Origin: the human T2T-CHM13v2.0 reference genome, Homo sapiens
NCBI RefSeq assembly: GCF_009914755.1
Contig: NC_060931.1
Strand: one strand, 5' to 3'
Length of the DNA: 64,000 nt
In this document: in pieces, positions 15,733-31,400 of the stretch
How positions within the stretch are numbered: position 1 is the first letter of the stretch
How the letters are laid out: every line of letters begins with the position of its first letter
Notes under the pieces: model-generated
Seen by the model: only the letters and a program-made list of their open reading frames with translations
What the model was told of the DNA's origin: nothing
Databases searched by the model: none
Position numbers and translations under genes: made by a program

Positions 15733-16647
15733 GCTTGCTAAATTTTTGTCGAATGATCAGATGAGTCCATTCTCCTCACCAGAGAATGTTACCAACCACA
15801 GCTTCCCGTCCCTCTATCCATGCCAGCAGTGCTTTATTTTGGGGGACTGTACCTCCCAGCATGCAATGCTGGCTCCTGGCCCCAACCGTGATTCTTGCCT
15901 CCTTCCTCCACTGGTGTATTTCAGAAATTGTGCTGCCAGGTGTGGAATGTCGAAGGGGGATCTGTCTCTCTGTAGTCTAGGCCTGAGGGAGCAGCCCAGT
16001 GTGTCTAACAACCAGGAGAGCACATACAGAGACTTGCTGGGTGCCAGGCCTGTGCTACCTGCTTTAGAAATAGCAAATACGTGAGGCGAGAATGATTCTT
16101 TGCCCCTTGTTACAGATGGTGAAACAGAGGCACAGAATACATGAGTCATTTGCCCAAAGTCAAAACTCTTGGTAAGTGGTAGATCCAAAGTTTGAATCCA
16201 GGCAGCCTTTCTCTAGAGTCTGCGTTCTTAACCTTACTATTAAATAATGAGTGGACTTAAGCATTCAGGACATGGAAGAATTCTTCTCATAGAAGAGAAA
16301 TCTGAGTGATGGCAGTAGTGTTTCCTTCTGGAGTCTGCATGGGTTTGTTTAAAGCACTGGAGTGGGCAGTAGACATTCCCGCCAAGTTCTGGCTTGGCAA
16401 TCCCATGGCCATTTTAAACACACAGATAACCAAACTACTCAGCTTATTTAGGACTTCACGCGCTCCTCAAGGTCCTAACAAATACAGGTTGATGTCAAGA
16501 CAAATTCTCTAAAGAACCACTTTATTATAAATAAAGCTAGAGGGAAAAAATTAAGGTGAGGACTATTTGTCTTCAGATGAAAAAAACTAAGCTATTTATG
16601 AAGACTCTTGTCTTGTGTCAGTCAGCGATTTAAAAAGGAAAGAGTCA

Positions 16648-16770
16648 AGCCAGGTGTGGTGGTTCACAACTGGTCCCAGCTACTTAGGAGGCTGAGGCGG
16701 GAGGATTGCTTGAGCTGAGGAGTTGGAGTCTAGCCTGGGCAACATAGCAAGACCCTGTCTCTGAAAAACT
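16648..16770 (+). mobile_element. Alu monomer (FLAM-like)
   Basis: Single monomer with TSD aaagagtca on both sides. Confidence 0.8.
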
Positions 16771-16887
16771 AAAGAGTCATGTCCTTTCTGATCATATGTT
16801 TTGAGGGGTTAATGTCTTTGGTCATTCATACTCCAGGCCCCTGTGCTGCCATCTGTTTATCACAGGCAGGTATATTAAAACAAAGCA

Positions 16888-17030
16888 GGCTGGGTGCGGT
16901 GGCTCACGCCCGGAATCCCAGTACTTCAGGAGGCCCATGCGGAAGGATCGCCTGAACCCAGGAGTTTAAGAGCAGCCTGGGCAACATAGAGAGATCCCAT
17001 CTCTATTCTAATTTAAAATTTTAAAAAATA
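16888..17030 (+). mobile_element. Alu monomer (FLAM-like)
   Basis: Single left-arm monomer, flanked by aaagca. Confidence 0.8.
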
Positions 17031-17578
17031 AAGCAAAACCCAGCAACAAAACCTTCTGATTTACTTTTGGAAACAAAGATATTGCCATTTGAAATTCTTA
17101 GGATTCTTTTCTAAACATATAGATAAAAATCATTTCGAACATGAGAGGGCATAGTGGGTGAAGTTTTATTGCTACCTTGCTAGGTGATTTTAGGATGTTT
17201 CATAGTGATTAGAAATGAACCTCAAAAAGGCAGAAAGTTCCTCCAGCCAATGAAAGCTTCGCCACCAAGGAGATGGCACACTGAACAACAGCAGGTTAGA
17301 TGGCCCAGGAAGGACTTGATTTTAGAAGAGCTTATGATAACATGGCACAGTATAAGTGGGAAAAGCAGAATGTGTGTGTGCATATGTGTGTGTATGTGTG
17401 TGTATACAGACATATAAGATATATTGATAAAATGCACAGGAAACAGCCTAGAAGGAATTCCACCAAAAATATTAGCAGTAGTGGTCTTTGCACAGTGGTA
17501 TTATACTTAATTTTTTTCTGACTCTCTATTTTATAAATTATCCTGCACTTGTATTTATTTATAGCAGGACATAAGCCT

Positions 17579-19437
<1,859 letters not shown>

Positions 19438-20385
19438 CATTAATTTAAAGATAAAAAAAAAGCCGATGAAATTACTATGGAAGTCTTAATTCCCATCTAG
19501 GATTAAGAGTCTTAGCATCCAAAGACCTTTGGAGAAGTAAAGAACCTTTGGAACATTCCTAAAGGGCAGAGATGAGTGATGAAGATGACGCTGATGACAA
19601 TGGCCACAGTGTGAAAGTGCAGAGTCCCTAAGGAGTGTGTTTGCACCCCACACAGCTCCTCCCTCCTCCTAACTTCACTTCAGTCTCCACAAACTTGCCA
19701 CTGCATCTTGCTCTCAGTTTCATAATAGCCCTTGCAAGGTTTTTCTGGTTTTTTGTTGTTGTTGTTTTTTTTTTTTTTTTGTGCTCCCTTCGCTTATTTG
19801 TAACCATCTTGCTCAGGAACCATGTGGTTGGTATCTTTGGGGCACATGGAGAGGCTAACAGAACCAGCAGTCGCTCGTGGTGGGAGAGCACGTGGGTGTC
19901 ACTTACCTTGGTTCTGTAAAAGCAGCTAATAATTAGCTGGTGGCGGGGGCTGAGGAAATGTCTCCTTGTTTGCTTTCTACCTTCCTCTGCATGATAAGAA
20001 TTTTAAACAAGGATGCACCATCATGCAGAATGCCTTCCTGGCCCCCATGGAAGAAGAATGGGGAAGAGCCACCCTTCAAGTGGCACACTGTGACACAGGA
20101 GCAGGAAGCCCATGGCTTCTCTTGACAAGGAAGGGTGGGACCTGAGCATTTAGAACAGGGCTTCCTTACAAAGCTCTGAATGCTAGGCATGTGGCACGGA
20201 GTGGGCATGGCCCACCAGCCCCGGCCCCTCCTGGGAGGAAAGTTGACCGATGTACTGACCTCTGTGTGAAATCTGGGTCATCAGGGCCTATGTGACCCGA
20301 GGCATCAGTGACGAAATTGACCTCAGCAGGGTGGTGACTGTGCAGCTCCAGGGAACTCACAAGTTGGAATGCATTTGGTGCATGC

Positions 20386-20387
<2 letters not shown>

Positions 20388-20418
<31 letters not shown>
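20388..20418. repeat. (CA)n microsatellite
   Basis: About 15 perfect CA units. Confidence 0.95.
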
Positions 20419-20421
<3 letters not shown>

Positions 20422-21810
20422 GGGTCGATTGGTTTCTGTTTACTGAGTGTCAGTAAGTGACCCGGCTATGTTACCTTTCTGAGCCCTGGTTTCGTCGTGT
20501 GTCGAATGGGACTGTTATTCCCAACCTCCCAGGGTTGTTATGAGGACTGAATATGAGCTGTGATTAGTGCCTGCCATATCCTTGGTACTTAGTAAATGTT
20601 GGTTTCCTTTTTCTCCCCATTCCTCCCCCTGGCTTTTTTTAAAAAACAGGACTCAGGAGCCAACCTCATCATAGCTTCTTGGCCACCTGTGTCTTCTTAC
20701 CATTGTTGGATTTACCCAAATTAACCTCTTGGGATTACTACCTAAGTAAATAAGAGCTTAAAAGTGAGCTCTTATTCCAGGCAGTTTAGGAAGGGGTCTT
20801 TAGGTGGAGCTCACATGGCAATTATCACAGAGAAGGAGGGAGAAAGGGGTTTTAATGTTTATGAGACTCATATTTCCTCTCTCAGTTGTATGCTAGCCCC
20901 TCCCTCCTGCCTTTTCCTCCCAGAGTTCTAGAATCATGCACTTTTAGAACTAGAGGTGCCCTGGTCTGGAGTCATTTCCCCCCATCCCTTTGCTTAACAG
21001 ATGGGGAGACTGAGGCGCAAAGATGTTCAGTGATGTGTGCAGGGTCCCAGAGCTCCTCTGTGCTCCTCTCCTTCCACCCATAAATGTGGCCCTCTGAGGA
21101 AACTTCCAAAGCCACGAGGAAGCAAGCCCAGCTCATTCTTTCATTACTGGAAAAGGATAATTGCTCACTGAGCCTTTAAGTGACCCAGGGAATGGCCTGC
21201 CTCTTCTCCCTCCATGAGCTCCTGGGCCAGTAGGAATGGATCCTAGAGGCAGTGCTGTGGCAGTGTTGTGTGAGGGTTCAAAGTGGCCCTGGAGCCCCCA
21301 AGACACACTGCTCCCTGCCCTACCTTGGGCCTGCCCCCTCTGGGATGCATACCTGCGTTTGCGCTGGAGCAAAGGTAGCTACACCTTGTCTTGGCTCTGC
21401 AGGAACCCACCTCCTCTCTTTGAAGGGCATGAGCCAATGAGAAATCTCTCTCATACAGACTGAGGGAGAAAGAAGGTTGAAATACTCCTTGCTGTTGCTT
21501 TATGACCATGTTACATCCAGTGTGTGAGCTCCTGCCTCAGCCCTAAGGAGAGCCAGGGCATGTACAAGCCACTAAGAACCATGAAGTCCCTTGGCACTCA
21601 GTAGACCTCAGCAGAGAGTGTATTTCTGCCCTGTAGGCCATGTGGCCTTTAAAAATATTAATATCTTGATATTTTAAATATCCTAGAAAAACTTTGTAGT
21701 AGGCTTCTTTGTTATATTTAGCAGGCCAAACATGGTTAATATTTAGTTTATACTTGGACATAATTTGGCTTTTGTGTTCTCACTTTTCTCATAGAGTAAA
21801 TTGACTTTCA

Positions 21811-21960
21811 TTTTTATTTTAAGTTCTGGGGTACACGTGCAGGATGTGCAGGTTTATTACATAGGTAAATGTGTGCCGTGGTGATTTGCTGCACCTATCA
21901 ACCCATCACCTAGGTATTAAGCCCAGCATATATTAGCTATTTTTCCTAATGCTGTCCCTC
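21811..21960 (-). mobile_element. Short L1PA 3' end fragment
   Basis: ttttaagttctggggtacacgtgcaggatgtgcagg...ctaggtattaagcccagcat. Confidence 0.8.
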
Positions 21961-22604
21961 CATTGACATTTTGTAATGACCCCAGGCATTCCTCAGTTGC
22001 AGCCCCCGTGTGCTCACCCACAGATATCCTCAGGTTCAGTGCCTTCTAATATCGGTTGTTAACATCCCCATACGCAAGCTCCTGGCACACGGACACCCTT
22101 GCTTACGGTTCACATTTCTAAAAATGTTGCCTCTGTCATTTGCCCTGTGTCCTATTGTATTCTAATGAAAGTTCAGTCTCCTGACCTTGCACGGCCTAAG
22201 ACAAGGGCTTCTTTCTTTTATGGTAAGGATTTATCTTTTTAAGGAGAACTCACCTGTGCATCTTCATCCACCAAAATAGATTGCGTTTTCAGTGCTACTG
22301 CTGAGAACACACAGGAAAGTGTTACCATTTGCAAAACTCATTGTCAAAGGGAAGTCACGTCCAGAGTCAGGAAAGCAAGTGAAACACCCACCTCGGTGTA
22401 GCAGCTTCATCTGGAAATTTGACCTAGAGGGTTCAAAATGAAAACATGCCCTCCCCATCCATCCAGGAAGCAGGATGAGGATGGCCATTCAGAGTTTACT
22501 TTAAAATGCCTACCAGTACTATTGATATTCTGCCACCAGCTGTGTGGTCACCATTAGCAACACATCTTTATAAATTGCTCACAGAGTCCCAGGTTGCATT
22601 TTAA

Positions 22605-23012
<408 letters not shown>

Positions 23013-23305
23013 AACCACCTTTATTATTTTTATTTCCGAGTCAGCACCAGATGAATTATGGAATATTCTTTTCAGAAAGAGGGAGGAGCCAAAGTAGGAG
23101 AAAAAAAGTCCAAAGGTCCACAAGCAACATATCGGTTGGTTTCAAGCCTTAGAACCCCTTGTCACTGCAGAGTCACCTGATCCACGGCCGACCCAAGATA
23201 CAACACAGCTCAAGGGTGTAGCCAAAGTAGTCTTTCTTTTAGGACTTGGCATTTCTAAATGCCAGCACCTTGTACATCTTGTAGATTGGAGTTTAAATAT
23301 CTGAC

Positions 23306-23594
23306 TTTCAGAGGCATTTGAACCAGAGTGACTCCATCTTGAATAGGGGCTGGGTAACCTACTGAGGCTGAGACCTACTGAGCTGCATACCCAGGTGGTT
23401 AGACATTCTAAGTCACAGGATGAGGTAGGAGGTCAGCACAAGATACAGGTCATAAAGACCTTGCTGATAAAACAGGTTTCAGTAAAGAAGCCGGCCAAAA
23501 CCCACCAAAACCAAGATGGCAATGAAAGTGCCATCTCTGGTCGTCTTCACTGCTCTTTTTACACTAATTATAATGCATTAGCATGCTAAAAGAC
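23306..23594 (+). mobile_element. 3'-truncated MER41 (MER41B-like) LTR
   Basis: tcagaggcatttgaaccagagtgactccatcttgaatagg...cacaagatacaggtcataaagaccttgctgataaaacagg...gcatgctaaaagac matches the recalled 5' half of MER41. Confidence 0.8.
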
Positions 23595-24694
23595 CCAATT
23601 TTACCCAATTTGGTCTGATGCTGGAGAAACAAATCGAGCTCATTGGTAGCTCTTATAACTGATTCTGGGAAACTGGGATCCCTAGGAGAGATTCCACTGA
23701 GTCATTCATTCAACAAATGCCCATTGCGTACCTACTGTGTGCCATAGTGTGACGGGCTCAGTATATTGCCTCATTCATTACCTCACAAGGTTATCTGTTA
23801 ACAGCCACAAGTCAGAGGCTTTTGACGTACAGGGTCCCGGGAGAGCCAAAATAGTATTTGTTTGTTTGGAATAATAAAAGCTGTCTTCCCAGGCCACAGG
23901 AATTAAAACTAGGAGTGCTAAATCAGCAATTGTCTAGCCTTGCCTGAGCTTCTCAAACTGTACTTTAGAATTGCTTGGGGGAACTTGTTAGAAGTACAAA
24001 CCTTGGCCAGAACCTCAAAGAACCAGACTCAGGCAATCCAGGATGGGGTCCACCAATCCAAGGTTTTAAAAACAAGAACCAGATGGGGATAGGTGATGAG
24101 TTAGCCACTGGGGATTCAGAAACCCGAGAGGGTGGGGTGGCAGTAGTTGGGCTTTGCAGGCCAGACTGGTCTGGGACACTTTGTGATGAACACAAACCTT
24201 CCCTCTTCCATTTTGACCTTTCTGCCCTGGTGGGCTGCTTTTACGTAAGAGTATTATTTCTTCCTTTTGTAGGCAAAGCAAAAAGTGTGAGAACCAGCTG
24301 CTCTAAATAAAACAATTGAAGGTGGAGTTCAGATTGAGAGCTCTCAGTGGCTGCTTTTGTTTTCCTTTGAAAGTTTTGGGAGAAAGGAGCCAAAGATTCA
24401 GTAGAGGGGGCCAGCCCCAACCCTTTTGAATCTGCCCTGCCTCCCCTGTTCCACCTGTCGAGGCCAGGAAGTAGAGCAGCAGGAACCAGCCCTGGGTTCA
24501 GACCCTCCCGCTAACTGTGTAACCTTGAATTTGAACTCGAGCTTGGGCTTAACCTTTCTGTGCAGCACTGTACTCATGAATCACTGGTAGCAGTTACCTC
24601 CTGTGGGCTGTGCCAGGAATAATAAAGACGGTGCGTGCAATGGCATCTGCCTTGGTACAGGTCAACAGGAAGGCTCTAAACCAGGATTCTCCAG

Positions 24695-24845
24695 CTTGAG
24701 AAGCTCGTAGCTCAACTGGGGTCTTGAGAAAATGATGCCGATTCTCGTGCAGCAGGTCTAGGGTGGGCCTGTGAGTTTGCATTTCTGGCAGGCTCCCAAG
24801 TGAGGTTGATGTTGCTGGTCCATGGACCACACTTTGAGTAGCAAG
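24695..24845. mobile_element. MER5A-like hAT element
   Basis: tgcatttct...ctcccaagtgaggttgatgttgctggtccatggaccacactttgagtagca. Confidence 0.75.
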
Positions 24846-25282
24846 CGTCTGAAAGGTGCTCACCTCCTTAGGTTTTCTGTGAATAGTTAGTGCAGATAGC
24901 TAAGTTAACAATTCTTTTTTCAGTCCTAAAAATAGAAGAAAATACTTACTCCTTCCTTAACTCTGGTCATGAAAATTAGGACATAGAATGCTTGTAGCCA
25001 TAAACACTTATCTCCCTCGTCGCTCAAGTTATTAACTATCCCTAATAACGTAAATACTGAAGAAGAAGGCAGAGCGAGGGGTCGGTGATCTGCTCTGTGG
25101 GCTGAGAGAGGTTATTAAGGACAGGGCTTCAAGCATACAGAATAAAGATGGCCCTTAAGGGTCAGGGATTCTGCTTCCTTAGGGCTCCTAGAGCTTACCT
25201 GTGAGTGAAAAGTTTTTAAATATTAATAGAAAGCAAAGAAAAATGAGAATGTCTTTTCTTCATCCATGAAATCAACTTGAAC

Positions 25283-25425
25283 CTATCAGAGTCATCTAGA
25301 GGGGCTGTTAAAATGCAGACTTCTAGGCCCCGCCCCTGAGAGTCTTTAGTTAAGTAGGTCAGGGGTAGAGCCTGAGAATTTGCATTTTGAACACATTCCC
25401 AGGTGACACTGGTGCTCACACTGTG
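25283..25425. mobile_element. MER5A-like hAT element
   Basis: atcagagtcatctagaggggctgttaaaatgcagac...gaatttgcattttgaacacattcccaggtga. Confidence 0.7.
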
Positions 25426-26932
25426 ATCAGCTCAAAAGACCACCAGCCACGAGCATGGGAATCAGTGCTGTCAGCCTGGGCCACCTCTTCAGACTTCCGA
25501 CCCCTCCCATCAAAATGGTGTTGCCAGGGAGGGGTTTTTCTAAGCCAGGGTGGGGTTTGGGTATGAATGGGAGATACAATTGTCCTCAGGTATCTGAAGG
25601 TCCTCCTGGGGGTTAGGAGAGATTAGATTTCTGGAAAAGGAGAACAATCCTGGTGGCACCGCTGCAGACAGGGAGTCACAGCACCTTGGTGTGTTCCTTC
25701 TCCACCCCCAGGGCTGGGCCTCTCTGATCTACCTGGTTGGCTGATCCCTTGGTGGGGGGGCGGTGGGGGGGGCGCTTCTTAAAAATAGAGCTTTCCAGGG
25801 TGCATCCCAGGAGATTCTGATGAGCAACCAGGTTTGGGACCCCCTGCGAGGAAAACAGTGAAGCACCAGCTGGGCACTGGAGAGCTGCTCTGTTTTTAAT
25901 GATTCTTGGATGCAGCACTAATGATCACTCAGCAAGCGAATGATTCCCTGGCAGGAAATGGGACCCTTTGTGAAGTACATTTCCTTGCAGGATCCCTAAA
26001 GTTACAGTCGATAAATTCTGGCTGCATCTTCCAAAGTGTTTTATTTCCCATCTGAGGATGGCTTCCAGCCAGGAGCATCTGGCCAGGGGGACTTATCCAG
26101 GGTAAAACCCCACCCTCTCCGCCTTCCCCACTCCCTCGCCCCTGTCAGCAGTGACTCTCTCCACAGCCACTCTGCTCTGGGCTGTGTTGAAAGTAGAACC
26201 TATAAAAGTCATGGTTGAGCAAATTCCAGAGAGAATGCTTCCCAGACAAACTCAGCAGCAGAGAACATATCTGTATGCAAAGAGTCAGGTTACAATGGAG
26301 GCAACTACTTGGATAATAGCCTAAGGAGAAATTCCCACCACCCCGACTCCCCGCATCCCCGACCCCCTTCCCTGCCCCTGCTTTGTTTGTCATGCTGTCA
26401 TGCACAGATTTGAAGACTGCAGTCTTGCCTTGAGTTTTCTGCTTCACCAGCAGATGTTTCAGAGCATCACTGGGTGCTGTGCTCTGTGCCAGGTAGGGGT
26501 TTATAAAGGAGGCTCAGGTACAGTCCCTGCCCTGTGGAGTCCACTGCTGGAGAAAGATAGATGCTTACATGACTAACTGTAAAAGCAGCGTCACTCCTAG
26601 AATAGCCCATTTCTAAAGTAGACCTCCCAGCACTCTCCCTCCCCTTGCCTGGTTTCATCTTCCCCACAGCGCTTGTCCCTCTAGAAATGACTAGCTCAGT
26701 ACTCAGTAATGAAGTACTGGTGCTTCATCTTCCCTCTTACAAATAAAGCAATGTGAGGGGAAAGACCAGACCTTTAGACCCTGGCCTCTCCCAACCATTG
26801 TATGTGGGCTGCCCAGGGGGCATGAGAGTGGCTTTCTGCAGCAGAGGCGTTGGGAGGCTCTGCTGAGAGGGTGGCTGCTCACACACCGCCAGGATCTGGG
26901 GCAGAGGCTGAGGGAGGACCTGGGCGGCCACA

Positions 26933-27095
26933 GCAGCTCTCAAACCCAAGCGTGCATCAGAATCTTCCAGTGGGTTTGTTCAGGCACAGATTGCTGGGCC
27001 CACTTCAGAGCTGCTGATCCAGTAGGTCTAGGATTTCTAGCACGTTCTCAGGTGATTCTGTGGCTACTGGTCCCTAGACCACACTTTGAGGACCG
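26933..27095. mobile_element. MER5A-like hAT element
   Basis: ctctcaaac...gcatcagaatc...cacagattgctgggccc...gaccacactttgag. Confidence 0.7.
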
Positions 27096-28369
27096 CAGAG
27101 AGGTGCATCAGCATGGCCATGACAGTGAACTTAGTGAATAGCTGCAGGGTGGGTCCAGTGACGGACTTCTTAGAAGCTATGCCAGTGACCCCCGTGAGAG
27201 AAGACAGGACTCTGAAACAGGCTCCAGCAGTGGGGCTGGAGAACAGAAAGGAAGCACCCAAGACACATGCGACAGTGGAATCAGTGCGCTGGTGGGAGGC
27301 GAGGAAGGAGTTCGAGCAGCGGGAAGGATGGAAGTGCTTTGGACCAAGATGGGCGCTGGGTGGAGGAAGGAATAATGTGTTCCCTTTGGGACCTGCTGCT
27401 GTGAGGGGCTAAGGAGACCTCCAGGTGGAGATGCTAAGGAGGCAGTGGGAAATGCTTTTAAAACTCAGGAGAGCAGCTGGCGACGGGTACAGATGCTGGG
27501 GTCTTCTGGATAGGGGTGTAAGCTGCCTCAGTGGGGCTGAATGAGAGTCCTTAAGCGGAGAGAGTGGTGATGTGCTTGGAAGCCAAGAGGCTCTCACTCG
27601 TAGGGGTGGTTAGAGAAATAAACAAGTGGAGTGCTCCAAGGCTTGTGAAGGACAAGGGGGCATGACCCCAAGAGAAGGGGTTGTGTTTGAGGCATGAGTT
27701 AGAGGAGCTGGTCTCCATATTTTGAAGTGGATAGTTGTTCCACTCCTCATCCTACTGTGTGCAATTTTATTTTGCCTCAGTGACAGTCACTTTACAGCCA
27801 TATTGGTGCAACATGCATTAGCAAAAGAAGTGCATGCCGCGTGCACGTGTGTGGGTGCGGCAGCAGCTCTCCGCAGCAAGAGGTAAACAAGACAAGCACT
27901 ACGGTGGTTCAAGTTGAAGCTGGAGGTCATTTTTTGCCCCTGTAAGCTGAGCCCTGAAGAAGAAAGTCACCATGTATCCATCTTTGTTACCTTTTTGGAT
28001 TTGACGCTGATCCAGATCCTCCTGGGACCTTCAATCCGCTGCTTTTACAAGGATGAAAAGGATTCTGATGACTTTTTTTGAACTGTTTGGGCAGGAATGC
28101 TACAGAGAGAATCAATTTCTGTGAACTGAGAGTCCCCAGGTGATAATTTGGTGTTTCACACACAGGCAGTTTTCTTTTTAATGTGTGGTGCTTGTTTAGT
28201 CATCTGGCTCTTGCAAACCCTAGTGTTTGAAAAACAGGGATGTAGTTCAGCAGTGTCTGAATAAGGCTGATGACTCAGAATCATGCAGTGCCTGGCTTCT
28301 CAGGCCGCCGCCAGCCGGGACTGCTTTAGGCGCGAACCCACGCTTCTGACCTGTGCTCTGTCTTTGCAG

Positions 28370-28480
28370 TTCTGCACGGAGCTAAACCAGCCGACCCTGC
28401 CCAACATCCGCAAGTGGAAGGGGCCCCGGGGATGCTGGAAGGCTGTTGTTGCTGAGAAGCCCTCGAATCAGCTCCAGAAG
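28370..28480 (+). CDS. EEPD1: EEPD1 internal coding exon (probably exon 4), 111 nt, FCTELNQPTLPNIRKWKGPRGCWKAVVAEKPSNQLQK
   Basis: Acceptor tctgtctttgcag| at 28369, donor AAG|gtaccc at 28481; phase 0-0; splices in frame to the next four exons; peptide recognised as EEPD1. Confidence 0.95.
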
Positions 28481-31400
28481 GTACCCTCGTCTGCAAAGCC
28501 TGGCCTTTCCCTTCATTTAATTTATACATACTTTTCCCCTAATCAAGGGCATTTAAAAATTTCCTTTGCCAATATCCCCGGTTCAATTTTGTATTTCTGC
28601 CCAATTTTTAAATCCTTGCCATTCATTTCCAAATGCCCTGGTTTTCGGTTCACGTTTAGATTGGGAATGGACTCCTGCCAAGAAGGAAATGAGAGCTTAG
28701 GGTGTTGGGAGGAGAGGAGGGGAGAAAGGCAACAAATGGGTATTTCTGTCCTTTGTCCTTCTAATCCCTTCGCCACAGTTCTGTCTTCTGCCAAGTTTGT
28801 GCAGAGCTCATTACTCGTTGACTGAAAATTTCAGATTCACCTTAGTTCACACATGAAGTATTTGCTTCTAGTGGTAGAAATTATGCACATAATTTCAACA
28901 TAGAAATGTTCTATTGAAATGTTCAGCAGATTTTGGTTTTGAATTTTCTTTCATCAGTATCACCCATATGAGCAGGTAAGGGTAAATCTCTGTAAATACA
29001 CGTTTTCCCTCATATTATTATTCAAGGCCAGATTTATTCACCTTGCAATGCTTAACATCAATGGAGTTTTAGATTTTTAAACAGACTCCTGATAATAACC
29101 AGGAGTTGAAAATGTATTATTACATAATTTTCCTATAAATGCAGATTTTTAAATCCCTAGTATACCTAACATGCTTACAAACACATGTGATTTATACTTA
29201 ATATGATTATGTTTATAATGTAGGCTCTTAAATCATAAATGTATACTGGATTAAAAGTGGCCATTTTTTGACAGTAAGCCCCTACTCTCTTTTTAGCTAC
29301 TACTTAAAGAGGTACATGTAAATCTTCTGTCTCTGGGTTTTATGTTTGGGGGTGTAAATGGCTCCTGCAGCTGACAGTGAGTCAGCACACATTCAGAGAA
29401 GGCTGGAGATAAAGCTGAATTTGAATGCATCTAGTTCAGGGTTCTCCCTTCCAGTCCACGTGGAAATAATAAGAATAATACCACCTTCCTTTTTTGATCG
29501 CACTTTACATGTATGTAGGTGTCTGAGCTTCACAAGCCTTTTATAGTCCATTCAGCACTGCATTCATTCAACAAATCATTAATGAAAGGTGGCTATGTAC
29601 CAGGCATATTGTTTCATGCCAGGTACACACTGGTGAGAAAAACTCCATGCCTGCATGTTTTCACTCTTTGCAAGACACAGTGGGGATCCCGGCTGGAGCC
29701 TGACCTGGCCCCTCCCGCAGGGAGTGCACAGCCTGTTGGAGAGCAAGACAGGTAACCCCATTCCAGGTCAGGGTGTCAAGGCCATTGGAAAACAACATGA
29801 GGTTGCAGGGAGACCCGAGTTCCATCCACCAAAACCTCTCGGCCTCAATTCCTTCATCTGTAAAATGGGAGCGATAGCCCTTTCTTAGCTCACCTATAGG
29901 GTGGCTATAGGATTTTAAAAGATACTATGCATTGGAATGCATCATGAACGTAGCGCAGGCCAGGGCCAGGCGGAACGGGCATGAGGTGGCAGGCTGGCCG
30001 CCTGCAGTGGACTGAGAGAGCTCATGCCTGGCTCTGGCTGCTGCTGGGTCCATGTCTACCCAGTTGTTACCCTGCAGTATTGTGGGCCCAATGTGGCCAA
30101 ACCTCCCAGTTTCATTTTAATGGGAAATTTCCTGAATTTTAAAGATGAACAGATAATCCAAAAAAATTTAAACACTATGTGAATCAAACAGAATATATCT
30201 GCAGGTTGAAAATGTTCAATCTCTGTCCCTAGACAAACATAAGAAAGTGGGCCATTTCTCCGATGCCTGAAATTCTGCCCCAGGCATCTTCTCCCCAGCT
30301 CCCTAGGGCTTACACGATAGCCAGAGGGGTGGTTTCCAGCTGTGAAGGTGAAGACCTAGTAAGATGAAATGATTTGCCCACAAGCCACCCTTTTGCAATG
30401 TGAGGTGCTCGGACCTGAGCCCAGTTCACTCTCTCTGTCTGGAAACCCTGTTCCTCCGGCTGCTGTTCTGGAGGAGAGGGGAGCGCCTAGGTCAGGGGCA
30501 TTGGGAAAGGCTCCCAGGAGGGGCAAGAAACCAGCGGTGGAAGGAGCAGCACGCAGGGAAGTGGGGGTGGGGAAAACAGTGCTGAGCAGGTGAGGGAGGC
30601 AGAGGAAGGAGTAGGCCCCACCGCAGAGGCTTCCCCTCCAGGGCCATCGGGGAGCCCCTGAAGGCTTTTGGGCGGAAGATGACTCGAGTGATGCTTTAGG
30701 TAAGTTACTCTGGCACCATGACTTGGGAAATGGCAGATGGAGAGATAATCCTCCAAAGCCAGCAGGGCAGTCATACCTCCCTCCAAACCAGAGGAAGCTG
30801 AGGTTTAGAAAAACTGAGTGGGTCGCCCAGGGTCCCGCGGCTAAGTGACTCAGGTGGGACTGAGGCCCAGGTCTTCTCGTTCTCAAACCAGCACACTCTC
30901 CAGGGGGTGGGCAAGGAGATAATTTCAAATATAGAAGTGCACAGCATACAATACATTCATTCCCTCCCTCCCTCCTCCTAAAAACACGCATGTTCAGACA
31001 AGGCATGTGGCTTAGACCAGAGCTGACCTTGGGGACTTTGTGGTGGCTGCTCAGGAGGGTGGTTGTGCAGAGTCACTTCCCCTCCTTTTGCAATGGGGAA
31101 GAGTGGTGATGAGCACTGCTGGCCTCTCAAATGACATGCAGATGGCTCCCAGGCAGCGGGTGCTGAGGAAGCATTCTCATGGACAGCAGAGGCTGTGGTG
31201 GGGTAGAAAGGAGAAGTGTGTCTTCTTCCACAAGCCCCCAGTGGCGGCGGCAGCAGCGCAAAGCAGGCATATTCAGAGCAGCAGGGTTTAACACTAGGCA
31301 CTAGGACTCTGCCCCACCGCCAGCCCTGGCACCTCTGACCTAAGCTTCACACCTCTGCCATGGCCCCATCCACCTGCGGAGGGCCCTCGAGCAGCCCCAA

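Noticed and set aside
28481-28486. GTACCC donors as U12-type introns
   Set aside because: They do not match the U12 donor consensus GTATCCTT.
30356-31006. 216-aa minus-strand ORF
   Set aside because: GC-rich sequence overlapping MIR/L2-like fragments; no recognisable domain or exon structure.
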